A stretch of DNA of 64,000 nucleotides from a virus, in the IMG/VR virus record IMGVR_UViG_3300002026_000045, positions 32,001-96,000 of that record; one strand, given 5' to 3'. Shown in pieces: positions 1 through 8,506 of the stretch (positions are counted from its first letter, which is position 1; each line of letters starts with the position of its first letter). The notes beneath the pieces are model-generated. The model ran no database searches. It had not been told where the DNA came from and was given only the letters and a program-made list of their open reading frames with translations. Made by a program: the position numbers and the translations under genes.

Positions 1-263
1 CCAGAGTATTTAGGGAGGAACGGATTTGCTTCATTTGCTATGCAATATTTAATCCACTCAACACCCATTCGTTGACCATCCGAAAGCTGGCCAGATGTTG
101 TCCCGCGGGTAGTTTTAAATATTTTTAGTATTTCGCCATTGGGTGCGAGGAAAGCAACTTGGTCCATTCCCTCACCTTTCATTTTATATCCTTGGCTGAC
201 CATATGACGTATTATACCTGGATATAAATCTTGTGCTTCAGTAATAAATTCTTTAGACTTCAT
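1..263 (-). CDS. Partial (runs off window) T7 gp0.7-like protein kinase with capsid-targeting N-terminus
   Basis: Manual translation from ATG 263: MKSKEFITEAQDLYPGIIRHMVSQGYKMKGEGMDQVAFLAPNGEILKIF...WIKYCIANEANPFLPKY; aligns with the kinase N-lobe in 58527..60194. Confidence 0.65.
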   Translation of the reverse strand, partial: MKSKEFITEAQDLYPGIIRHMVSQGYKMKGEGMDQVAFLAPNGEILKIFKTTRGTTSGQLSDGQRMGVEWIKYCIANEANPFLPKYS

Positions 264-271
264 GATGGTAT

Positions 272-1582
272 TTATTTGTCAAGCATTGCTGCAATTTCTG
301 CAGATTTTGATGCAAGCATTTCCTTAGTGTGATTTGCTTTGTCAATTGCCTCGGGCGATGCTGCTTTATCAAATTTTGATGACGATGCAGATTTTGTTAT
401 TTTTGCTAAGTAAATGCTTTTAACTTGTTGCAGCAAATCAGTAGCAGATTGCTTTCCTGCCATCTCTAACGTTTGAGCAATGCCTTTAAATGAGTTAATA
501 ATATCTGATATCCGTGGTTCGTCTAATGTACCAGGATACTGTTTGAGCAACGGGCTAATTTTTGCACAGCCAAAATACTTTACGATATCAATACCCCAGG
601 TGTCTGGATTATTTGTAATAGTCTGCAAAGTTGTATTTTTAACAGTTCTAAATGGAACTAATTCACCATTGACAGTTTTTGCTTGAATGCCATGACCGCC
701 GCCAAAACTTAAACTAAGAGCTTCGCCTAATGATGAATACAACGAATTGCATAGAACCCCTTTAACCTGGTAGGCTGGCCTTAGCGCACGGGTCCAATTT
801 TTGTTTTCATAGTAGCTTGCAACTAAATCTACTTGCACATACTCTTTGCCAACTTTAAGAATAATATTAGTGCCGTTGTTTGTTGAATAGTTTTGTGTAG
901 AGTCACAAAATTCCTTAATAGCAGTGCTATAGATATTGCTATTCTCGTTGTTTGTCGTGCCCTCGATGCGCGGAATGTGGAATTGCACATCAACATCGCC
1001 ATACTCGCGAGTTGGGTCTTGAGCTAAGTCTCGCTCGTAGTAAGTGGCACTGCCGCCAGGTGCTGAAATTTCAGTTGGTGCTAGACTTTTTGATGCTAAA
1101 AATTTGTTTAGCTGTGGTATGAATTGGTTAGAGAGCAGTTTCATTACATGCTGCACTAACTGCGGCGTTATCTTTGTTCCTTGTGTTTGCGTAGACGCCC
1201 ACCCACCTTCTTCTAATTTATTGCCAGTTACTTCTTGATACAATGCCCAGGCTTCTTTGTCACGGTGCAGCCCAGCTAATTTTTTAAATGTAGCTTTCTG
1301 AGCAGGCGTTGCAATTTTAAAAAACTTTGCCAAATCTATTATTCCTACATTTTTTGGGTAAGCAAGTTCTTCTAAGTCATCTTCATGCAACTTAACACCC
1401 ACAACAGATTGCATAAAGTGCCACGCTTCTTCCATCTTGCCTTCTGCTTTCAATTTCTTAAAATGTTTTTTCTGATCGTCAGTTGCAGTTTGGAAAAACT
1501 TAGTCAATTCCATGATCCCAATGTTACCTGGGTAAGCTAATTCTTTAACTACGCTTTCGCTAATGATTTCGTTTATTTTCAT
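272..1582 (-). CDS. Internal virion protein: two ~55-aa repeats plus Pol-beta-type nucleotidyltransferase domain
   Basis: MKINEIISE leader; LAYPxNxGI..L.KFF..AT repeat x2; GGS...GDVDV...QVDL catalytic pattern. Confidence 0.6.
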   Translation of the reverse strand: MKINEIISESVVKELAYPGNIGIMELTKFFQTATDDQKKHFKKLKAEGKMEEAWHFMQSVVGVKLHEDDLEELAYPKNVGIIDLAKFFKIATPAQKATFKKLAGLHRDKEAWALYQEVTGNKLEEGGWASTQTQGTKITPQLVQHVMKLLSNQFIPQLNKFLASKSLAPTEISAPGGSATYYERDLAQDPTREYGDVDVQFHIPRIEGTTNNENSNIYSTAIKEFCDSTQNYSTNNGTNIILKVGKEYVQVDLVASYYENKNWTRALRPAYQVKGVLCNSLYSSLGEALSLSFGGGHGIQAKTVNGELVPFRTVKNTTLQTITNNPDTWGIDIVKYFGCAKISPLLKQYPGTLDEPRISDIINSFKGIAQTLEMAGKQSATDLLQQVKSIYLAKITKSASSSKFDKAASPEAIDKANHTKEMLASKSAEIAAMLDK

Positions 1583-1727
1583 AATCTTTAATATTTGCTA
1601 ATGATTTCTTTTTATGCTCAATGCCTGCTTTTGCAATTTCGTCAATATGTCGTTTGCACCCAATGCAAACATTATTCTTATCTAATTTGCATATCTTAAT
1701 GCAAGGCGATGGAGCGGAACTGCTCAT
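1560..1727 (-). CDS. DUF1289-like small Cys-rich protein (55 aa)
   Basis: Manual translation MSSSAPSPCIKICKLDKNNVCIGCKRHIDEIAK...; SPC..C.LD...C.GC.R..DEI pattern. Confidence 0.7.
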   Translation of the reverse strand: MSSSAPSPCIKICKLDKNNVCIGCKRHIDEIAKAGIEHKKKSLANIKDYENKRNH

Positions 1728-1732
1728 AATTA

Positions 1733-2338
1733 TTATATATTTAACTCATAATAAAGTGCAGGTGGCAGCAAATAATATTTTTCGCAATTGAATAATACTT
1801 CATGCATTGATGCCCTTGCTGCTTGCAATGACCCATTCACGCCATATGTTTGCAACATTTCAATCAACTGAGGAGACATTTTCTTAATGTCTTCCTCATC
1901 ATAATGAAATGTACTGCCAAAACCAGTGTCAGTGAGCATTATGTCAACCGCAGAAAATAAGTCATCAATTGTGTCTGACCAGCAAAAATCAAAATCCCCA
2001 ATGGGAATAAACACATACGGAAACCCGTATTGTTTGCTTTCTGTTTCACTGCCAGTGGCAAATGTTGCTGCACTTCTCCATCTGTGACCAAGTTTAGCTG
2101 CAAACCAGTTATCTAAAAACTGATGTATCTCCAATGGCATATCCTTGGGAGAACGATTTTTTATTGTCGTGCACTCTGTAATTTCTGTGTATCGTGTATG
2201 CGTTCCCCTGAAAAATGGAATTGACAACCCGTATCTTAGATAACTTGCACAATTTGCCTGGATTAATTTAGTCGCGTGGGCAAGTTCTGACTCAGAGTGC
2301 AACGTCCCGTATTCTAAAATTATTTCGTGTGCTCGCAT
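1733..2338 (-). CDS. Capsid-targeted protein, possible ADP-ribosyltransferase fold; paralog of 61349..61963
   Basis: MRAHEIILE leader; FFRG / FATGS..YG / HEVL motifs; shares PIG.F.FCWS..I.DL and CEKYYLL with paralog. Confidence 0.5.
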   Translation of the reverse strand: MRAHEIILEYGTLHSESELAHATKLIQANCASYLRYGLSIPFFRGTHTRYTEITECTTIKNRSPKDMPLEIHQFLDNWFAAKLGHRWRSAATFATGSETESKQYGFPYVFIPIGDFDFCWSDTIDDLFSAVDIMLTDTGFGSTFHYDEEDIKKMSPQLIEMLQTYGVNGSLQAARASMHEVLFNCEKYYLLPPALYYELNI

Positions 2339-2342
2339 TTGA

Positions 2343-2999
2343 TTATCCGTAAACTAAAGAATCTATTCGTTTATATTTGATGTTGAAGGCTGACATTAGC
2401 AATTCAACCTCACGTAAACATTCCCCGCGGCCGCCGCCTACAATGTAAGCACCACTAAATTTTTTAAGCAACGCAACATCTGCCCATCCAACTGAAATGG
2501 GATCACCCATCCCAATTAAATAATCGTGTCCAAGCAATTGCTTCATACCTTCTTCGTATGTATCAGAATCCGCACCACCAAATAACTGTCTACTGTCTGT
2601 TATTTTATTTTGGTACATCATCCTAACTGCCTTGATAATAGCAGCATCAGCTACGCCTTGGTCCATCCAGCTTCTCAGGTATCCATATCCCTTGTCATAC
2701 ACTTGAAATCTTGACCAGTTAATTTGTGACGGTTGCTCAATGTATTCATCATACTCTGCTTCGCCATTTACAGTGTCTTCCCAATATTGTTTAACGTCCT
2801 GAACCGTGTCACCAGATAACCCATCACGCTCTGCGTTAACCATCAGTAATACTGGCCCAGTGGATTTAACTACAAAATTAATAATCTCTGGGAATAATGC
2901 ACTTTCCTCTCCGTCGTTCATACCAGAATACTCTGGTTGAACATCAATGCAAATAATTGGGTGTGACAACCCTTCTGTGATAAATTCGGTTGATCTCAT
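2343..2999 (-). CDS. Isochorismatase/nicotinamidase-like cysteine hydrolase, capsid-targeted
   Basis: MRSTEFITE leader; IICIDVQ, DKGYG, VGGGRGECL (Asp-Lys-Cys triad pattern). Confidence 0.6.
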   Translation of the reverse strand: MRSTEFITEGLSHPIICIDVQPEYSGMNDGEESALFPEIINFVVKSTGPVLLMVNAERDGLSGDTVQDVKQYWEDTVNGEAEYDEYIEQPSQINWSRFQVYDKGYGYLRSWMDQGVADAAIIKAVRMMYQNKITDSRQLFGGADSDTYEEGMKQLLGHDYLIGMGDPISVGWADVALLKKFSGAYIVGGGRGECLREVELLMSAFNIKYKRIDSLVYG

Positions 3000-3403
3000 A
3001 TTCTAATTACCTGCCCCTCGCCAGTCCATTTTGTATCTCGCACAGTAGTGGTTGCAACATAATTGTCTACATCACTCCTTACAACTGCAATGAATATATA
3101 TGTGTGCGGATCGTAAAACACAAAACTTGTCCCTGGCACTTTCCCTTTGAAAAACTGCATCCCACGTTTTAAAATTTTAACAATAGTTTCCATTAACTCT
3201 TTGACAGTATACAGACCAACTTTCCCGCGCTTTAGTTTTATTTGATCAAAAAAATGATTTGAAAATCTCATTTTATAACCGTGTTTGTCAAAGTAACCTT
3301 CAGCAACGTTAACTACCTGCCTAAACTCGGCCATTAACTCAGGCGTATAAAGAATATTTACATTCCAATCACTATGTTCAACCATAAACTCAGTTGAGAT
3401 CAT
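2996..3403 (-). CDS. Capsid-targeted hypothetical protein
   Basis: Start re-assigned to ATG 3403 (MISTEFMVE), which forms an ATGA overlap with the upstream stop. Confidence 0.6.
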   Translation of the reverse strand: MISTEFMVEHSDWNVNILYTPELMAEFRQVVNVAEGYFDKHGYKMRFSNHFFDQIKLKRGKVGLYTVKELMETIVKILKRGMQFFKGKVPGTSFVFYDPHTYIFIAVVRSDVDNYVATTTVRDTKWTGEGQVIRI

Positions 3404-3882
3404 CGCATGCATTCCTTCTTGATTATTTGCATTGACCTGTTATCATTGATTAAACTAACTAGTCCAGGATGTAGTGGAGACGGCCATTGGCCAAACTCAA
3501 ACCAATCTGACCCTTGAGTTTCCCAATCTGTAATTGGTGTAAATTCAGATGGAACTAATGCTAAGAAGTTGTAGTAAGTAAATCCAGACGGATGGTTAAA
3601 TGTAAACAACGGAAGCAATTTAATTGGGCCAGTATATGATGCTTCCTCACTGACCTCACGCTTAACTGCGGTTGCAGGGTCTTCACCATCATCAATTGCG
3701 CCGCCCCAAGTGCCCCAAGTATTTGGTTGCTCAACGTTATTAGACCTATGCGCAATGCAAATACGTTTTGTGTCTGCTGCAAGAAACAAACACCCAGCAC
3801 CTTGCCTACCCCAAAACCCAGTTTTCTCTAATGCAGCTTTGTGCTCTTCATCTGACTCAAATATAAATTCTGCTGCTTTCAT
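3400..3882 (-). CDS. Nudix hydrolase, capsid-targeted
   Basis: Nudix box GGAIDDGEDPATAVKREVSEEAS; MKAAEFIFE leader. Confidence 0.9.
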   Translation of the reverse strand: MKAAEFIFESDEEHKAALEKTGFWGRQGAGCLFLAADTKRICIAHRSNNVEQPNTWGTWGGAIDDGEDPATAVKREVSEEASYTGPIKLLPLFTFNHPSGFTYYNFLALVPSEFTPITDWETQGSDWFEFGQWPSPLHPGLVSLINDNRSMQIIKKECMR

Positions 3883-4751
3883 TTAATTGCCTCCCATTTT
3901 TTGCACAATGCATTTTTAAGGGCTAGCAATGTTGGAATCTTATTTTGCCGCATATACTTAATAATAGCAGTTGCTGAATCAAATCCAGTGTTTCCTGGCT
4001 TCCTTTCACTAGCAAATGAATTGCCTAACCCTGAGTCTTCATTTTCATATCTTGACCCATAGTAAACTAAATTGTATCTTAACTTATCTGCGTCTGGAGT
4101 TAATTCTGCTTTACTTTTCTTGTGTATTAACTCTATCCAAGGCTCTAGGTAATCAGTTGGTGGCCGATATTGTTTTTGTGTTGGAGTAACACCAGCCAAT
4201 AAATCACCTGCGTTCTTTACACTAATTGCTTTATTTGTATTTTGCAATCTCCATGCTTGCTCGTCGTTGTACAAGTATGTAGGAATCCTGCGCTTTTTGC
4301 CTGCTAACAAAATCCCACGTGTCAATGGGCTACGCCATTCGTCTTGCTCTTTAATGTATGCGTGAATGCCAATAACGCCGCCAAGAGGAATCTCAGGCGT
4401 TTTGCTGAATACTCTATCTTCTGCTTCACGAGTTCTGTCACCGACATTAAGCCAACTACGATCCCAGTAGTCAATTGGTTGAGTTTTATAATTATGATTT
4501 AGCCAATTACCGTCAATGACGAACATTACTGCGGCACTTCCCGTATAGCGATGATAATCACCTACTTTAGTTCGTGTAGTAGAAAAGAAATAATCATATC
4601 CTGCTGGGGCATATCGCTCTTCAGAAGGATTGCCAGTTGAGCGTGATAATTGGAAGAAACCGTCTTGCAAAATGCTAGCAGCATTACGTGTACTTGTGTA
4701 ATGATACACAATGCTTGACGCCATTTCTGTTAAGAATTCATCAGAGATCAT
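3879..4751 (-). CDS. Putative ADP-ribosyltransferase-like protein, capsid-targeted
   Basis: MISDEFLTE leader; VYHYT, FFSTTR, EAEDRV motifs in ART-like order. Confidence 0.5.
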   Translation of the reverse strand: MISDEFLTEMASSIVYHYTSTRNAASILQDGFFQLSRSTGNPSEERYAPAGYDYFFSTTRTKVGDYHRYTGSAAVMFVIDGNWLNHNYKTQPIDYWDRSWLNVGDRTREAEDRVFSKTPEIPLGGVIGIHAYIKEQDEWRSPLTRGILLAGKKRRIPTYLYNDEQAWRLQNTNKAISVKNAGDLLAGVTPTQKQYRPPTDYLEPWIELIHKKSKAELTPDADKLRYNLVYYGSRYENEDSGLGNSFASERKPGNTGFDSATAIIKYMRQNKIPTLLALKNALCKKWEAIK

Positions 4752-4752
4752 A

Positions 4753-6909
4753 TTATGACTCTTTTACTATACTAATAATCTCGCCACGATTGAGATTCTC
4801 TCCTGCCATTTTTGCTTCTGCATAGTCCCTTGCAGATACTGCTGCCTGCGTGTGATCAGCAAAATCTATAAACCATCTGCCCCATGGTCTCTGAGGTGGC
4901 TGTGCTGTTTGCTGCGGTGGTGCCGCTGGTTGTGGTTCATTTATACGATGTGGCACAACCTCAAATTCTTGTTGCACTACATTATGCCCATTGCTAGTCA
5001 ACCATCCAGCAGCCATGCGGTTTGCATCACGTTGGGTAGTTGGACCATTTAAAATATGTACTAAATTTCCTTGCTCGTCCATAATATCCCACGCATGCTC
5101 CCCTACATTTGTCAAATTAGGGGCTGTTGGTTCAATATATTTTTTTATTGCAATTGCCTTCATTGCATTGTCTGGGGCGTCAATGTCGCGTATCCCCCAT
5201 TCTTTACGGGCTACTATTTTCGCTTCATCAGCAGACGTTGCAACTACTTCAATGGAAGAAGCATGGCCAGCAATTGAAACTTTATACCAATATTTTTCAC
5301 CAGCCTCTGGGTTTCTTTCTGTTTTGCGCTGAAGTTGAACTTGTTTGACAAAACTGCGCAAAGCCGCAGCTGGCAATTCTCCAGCTGCATATTGAGCAAA
5401 ATATTTTATTGTGTCATCACCGCTGCTAGATGGCGCAAGCATTAAATATAATTTTTTTAAATATTCATTCCTTGATTTTTGTGGATCACATGCTGCATCT
5501 AACGCAACTACCATTCGAAGTAAGGTAGGCTCAATTTTATCATAAAACTTGCCAAGCCAATCATCCCCAGGGCTACGAAATTCAACATACCCTTCTTTAT
5601 TGTTAATACTGGTATATTTGTCAGTGCTGCCACTGTGAATTGCCCTACTAGCAAGTTTGTTTAGACCAGCCCGCATCTTGTCCATCATTGGCTGGGCCAA
5701 TTCAGGTCTCATTCTTGCATACCGTTTAACTTGATCCAACCCAGACTTGCAATATGTATTTGCTTCTCTCTCAAATTGTTCTAAAACGTATTGGTCCCCA
5801 AGCAAGATGGCAAGTTTAACATAATCTAAATTACTCTCGCTCATACCAGGTACACTTACATTTATGTGTAACCCAGTTGACGAGTTAGTGTAACAGCCCT
5901 GGCTATCTGCCCATGCTTTGACTTTCTTTAAGTCCGACAACATCTCTGGCAATGGAAGTGGAGGGCTAACAAATTCAACCCCACCATCACTTGAATCCTC
6001 AGGCTCATCTAAACTCGAGTCTGGCTCAACCACATACGAAACATCGTTACGTTTAGCGCCATGATATCTGTCACTTGACGCAACTGGACGCCCAATCATA
6101 CTCTCAAACTCTTTTGCAATGTCGTCAAATGACCTACTGCCGCCCCCACCACCTGAACTGTAGTGTGGCCAATCTATAGCAATCCAATCAGCGTCACACA
6201 CGTCAGTCATATTAACTAGTCCAACGTCTCTGAGCCAGTCTCGTTCTTCAGGATATGACCAATCTTCGCGGTAATCTTCTAACGCATAATCGTAAGTTCG
6301 ACCTTCAAGTTCCCATTCTTCCTCAACCATTTCTTCTAACTTAGCGTCGGCCGCGGAACACGCGGCTCTCCAATGTTTTTCATCGTCACTGTTGTAAGTT
6401 ACCTCTCCCGCGACGCGATTGTATTTTCTAGCATTGATTTGAATCCCTACTTTTTCAGCACGATTCTTCTCGTCATCACTTAGGCCCAAATCCTCTAATG
6501 CAATAGTTATTGCTTCATTTTCATCCCACAGCGAATTGTTTACTATATAGTCTCTGAGCGCGTCTTTCCCTTCATTTCTCCATTCTCTGTGAAATTCTTC
6601 GTCTGCCCATTCATAGTATCGCTCCTCTAACTTTTCTCTCATTCGTTGAATAGCATTTCCACTGTTCATACTTGTTTCGTCATTTGAGAAAAATTCAACT
6701 ATGTCGTCTATGCTGTTGGCACGTTCATCCATGTCATAATTTGGCTCGTACTCATCACCACCGTCATTGTCTGACTCAGTGTCTGGGACATACATCTCAA
6801 ATTCCATCCCAACATAGGCATCAATTGATGCAGCCATGCGTCGCAATGAGGCAGGCCCCATTGCGAGTTCGCTTAAAAGTTGTGGTTCTACAAATTGTTC
6901 TGCTCGCAT
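4753..6909 (-). CDS. Putative amidoligase (COOH-NH2 ligase type 2)
   Basis: GMEFE, PDSSL, EFVSPP, STGLHINV, KYTSIN, VEFRSPG motifs; variant leader MRAEQFVE..LLSE. Confidence 0.8.
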   Translation of the reverse strand: MRAEQFVEPQLLSELAMGPASLRRMAASIDAYVGMEFEMYVPDTESDNDGGDEYEPNYDMDERANSIDDIVEFFSNDETSMNSGNAIQRMREKLEERYYEWADEEFHREWRNEGKDALRDYIVNNSLWDENEAITIALEDLGLSDDEKNRAEKVGIQINARKYNRVAGEVTYNSDDEKHWRAACSAADAKLEEMVEEEWELEGRTYDYALEDYREDWSYPEERDWLRDVGLVNMTDVCDADWIAIDWPHYSSGGGGGSRSFDDIAKEFESMIGRPVASSDRYHGAKRNDVSYVVEPDSSLDEPEDSSDGGVEFVSPPLPLPEMLSDLKKVKAWADSQGCYTNSSTGLHINVSVPGMSESNLDYVKLAILLGDQYVLEQFEREANTYCKSGLDQVKRYARMRPELAQPMMDKMRAGLNKLASRAIHSGSTDKYTSINNKEGYVEFRSPGDDWLGKFYDKIEPTLLRMVVALDAACDPQKSRNEYLKKLYLMLAPSSSGDDTIKYFAQYAAGELPAAALRSFVKQVQLQRKTERNPEAGEKYWYKVSIAGHASSIEVVATSADEAKIVARKEWGIRDIDAPDNAMKAIAIKKYIEPTAPNLTNVGEHAWDIMDEQGNLVHILNGPTTQRDANRMAAGWLTSNGHNVVQQEFEVVPHRINEPQPAAPPQQTAQPPQRPWGRWFIDFADHTQAAVSARDYAEAKMAGENLNRGEIISIVKES

Positions 6910-6930
6910 AAGTTATTTTGTTTAATAACT

Positions 6931-6936
6931 TATTTA
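6931..6936 (-). promoter_or_regulatory. T4-like late promoter (TAAATA) upstream of the internal-protein cluster
   Basis: GATAAATA upstream of 6909; same hexamer recurs before many late-type genes. Confidence 0.6.
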
Positions 6937-6946
6937 TCTAAGCAAT

Positions 6947-7531
6947 TTACAACCTGTTAGTTACAATCTCATCTGCAAGCCCATACTCAAGGGCCACCTT
7001 AGCAGACATGAAGTTGTCACGTTCCATATCAGCAGCAAGTTGATCGAATGTTTTGCCTTTGCTGTTATGATCAACGTAGATTTGTGTTAGATTGCGTTTC
7101 ATTTCTAAAATCTCGTTGACTTGGATCAACATGTCAGTTGCTTGACCTCTAGCTCCACCTGACGGCTGGTGAATCATATGCCTTGCGTTAGGCAGCATCA
7201 TGCGCCTGCCTGGTGCGCCTGCTTGTGCAAGCAATGAGCCCATGCTACACGCTTGGCCCATAACTACTGTACGAATATCACATTTAACGAAATTCATGCA
7301 ATCATAAATCGCCATGCCAGCAGTAACTTCACCGCCTGGAGAATTCACATACATGAAAATCTCCTTGCCGGCGTCTTCTGATTCAAGAAATAGCATTTGC
7401 GCTACTACAACATGCGACATTTCAGTTGCGATGGGGCCATTTAGGAAAATAATACGGTCGCGAAGGAGCCTAGAAAATAGGTCATACGATCGCTCGCCTT
7501 TAGATGTCGTTTCAATCACAAATGGTATCAT
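6947..7531 (-). CDS. clpP: ATP-dependent Clp protease proteolytic subunit
   Basis: YDLFSRLLRDRIIFL, NSPGG, GQACSMG (Ser), MIHQP (His), MERDNFM (Asp). Confidence 0.97.
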   Translation of the reverse strand: MIPFVIETTSKGERSYDLFSRLLRDRIIFLNGPIATEMSHVVVAQMLFLESEDAGKEIFMYVNSPGGEVTAGMAIYDCMNFVKCDIRTVVMGQACSMGSLLAQAGAPGRRMMLPNARHMIHQPSGGARGQATDMLIQVNEILEMKRNLTQIYVDHNSKGKTFDQLAADMERDNFMSAKVALEYGLADEIVTNRL

Positions 7532-7555
7532 ATTCTTCTCTTTTAACTAAATAAA

Positions 7556-8506
7556 TTGTATGCTATATTAAAGGCCCACACCATTATGAAACTTTTATCA
7601 CACACTGAGTTTATTTTACACGCAACCACTATTCATTGCAAGTTATATGATTATTCATTGATCCAATTTCCAGTAACGAGATCACAACGAATTTCAGTCA
7701 TTGATCCAGAATTTGGGGTGTTTGAAACTAATGTAAATCGACATCTTGCCGGGGCTGGCCATAAAAAACGTGGGGCAATAAAATCAGCCGATACTCGCAG
7801 AATGTCAACTGCAGATTTTATTTATCGGGCAAACAAGATACATAAAAACTTTTATGACTATTCAAAAGTTGTTTATAAAAGTATGACTATAAAAATCTGC
7901 ATCGTTGATCCAGAATACGGTGAATTTTTTCAATCCCCAGCTGGGCACTTGGATGGTCAAGGCCATCCTCAGCGAGGGAACAAAAAAGCAGCAGATAAAC
8001 GAAAAATGGGGTTAAGTAAATTTATAACACAATCTCGCAGTAAACACGGTGATCTATATGATTACACCAAAGTTAATTATGTCAATTGTGACACAAAAGT
8101 ATGTATAGTTGACCCTGAATATGGAGAGTTTTGGCAAAGTCCTTGGCAACATTTAAAATCTCATGGTTGCCCAGCACGAACAAAAAATAAAAAATGGGCC
8201 ATTCATCAAGACCATATTATTCCACTGTCAATATTGCGGCAAGGAAAAGTCGTAAATAAATGGTATGAAAATCGTCCACTATTTAAATTTTTAAATAGTG
8301 GCATAAATTTAGTTAGTGTGACAGCAAAATTTAATATTGATAAAAGTGATTTTATAACAGTAAACGGCAAAAAAATTGCCGCAAGCACAATAAGAAATAA
8401 TTATGACATTATTGCTCATCTTATTAAGACATTACTTAACATTGACCCAACTTTAATTATTCAAGAAGATCAAAGTTATATAAAAGAATATTTTAATTTA
8501 ACTTAG
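7556..8506 (+). CDS. Free-standing HNH-type homing endonuclease with three ~68-aa N-terminal repeats
   Basis: Repeats H..YDY.KV.Y......ICIVDPEYGEF.QSP..HL; C-terminal DHIIPLS...NL...N..KSD; opposite strand to neighbours. Confidence 0.7.
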   Translation: MYAILKAHTIMKLLSHTEFILHATTIHCKLYDYSLIQFPVTRSQRISVIDPEFGVFETNVNRHLAGAGHKKRGAIKSADTRRMSTADFIYRANKIHKNFYDYSKVVYKSMTIKICIVDPEYGEFFQSPAGHLDGQGHPQRGNKKAADKRKMGLSKFITQSRSKHGDLYDYTKVNYVNCDTKVCIVDPEYGEFWQSPWQHLKSHGCPARTKNKKWAIHQDHIIPLSILRQGKVVNKWYENRPLFKFLNSGINLVSVTAKFNIDKSDFITVNGKKIAASTIRNNYDIIAHLIKTLLNIDPTLIIQEDQSYIKEYFNLT

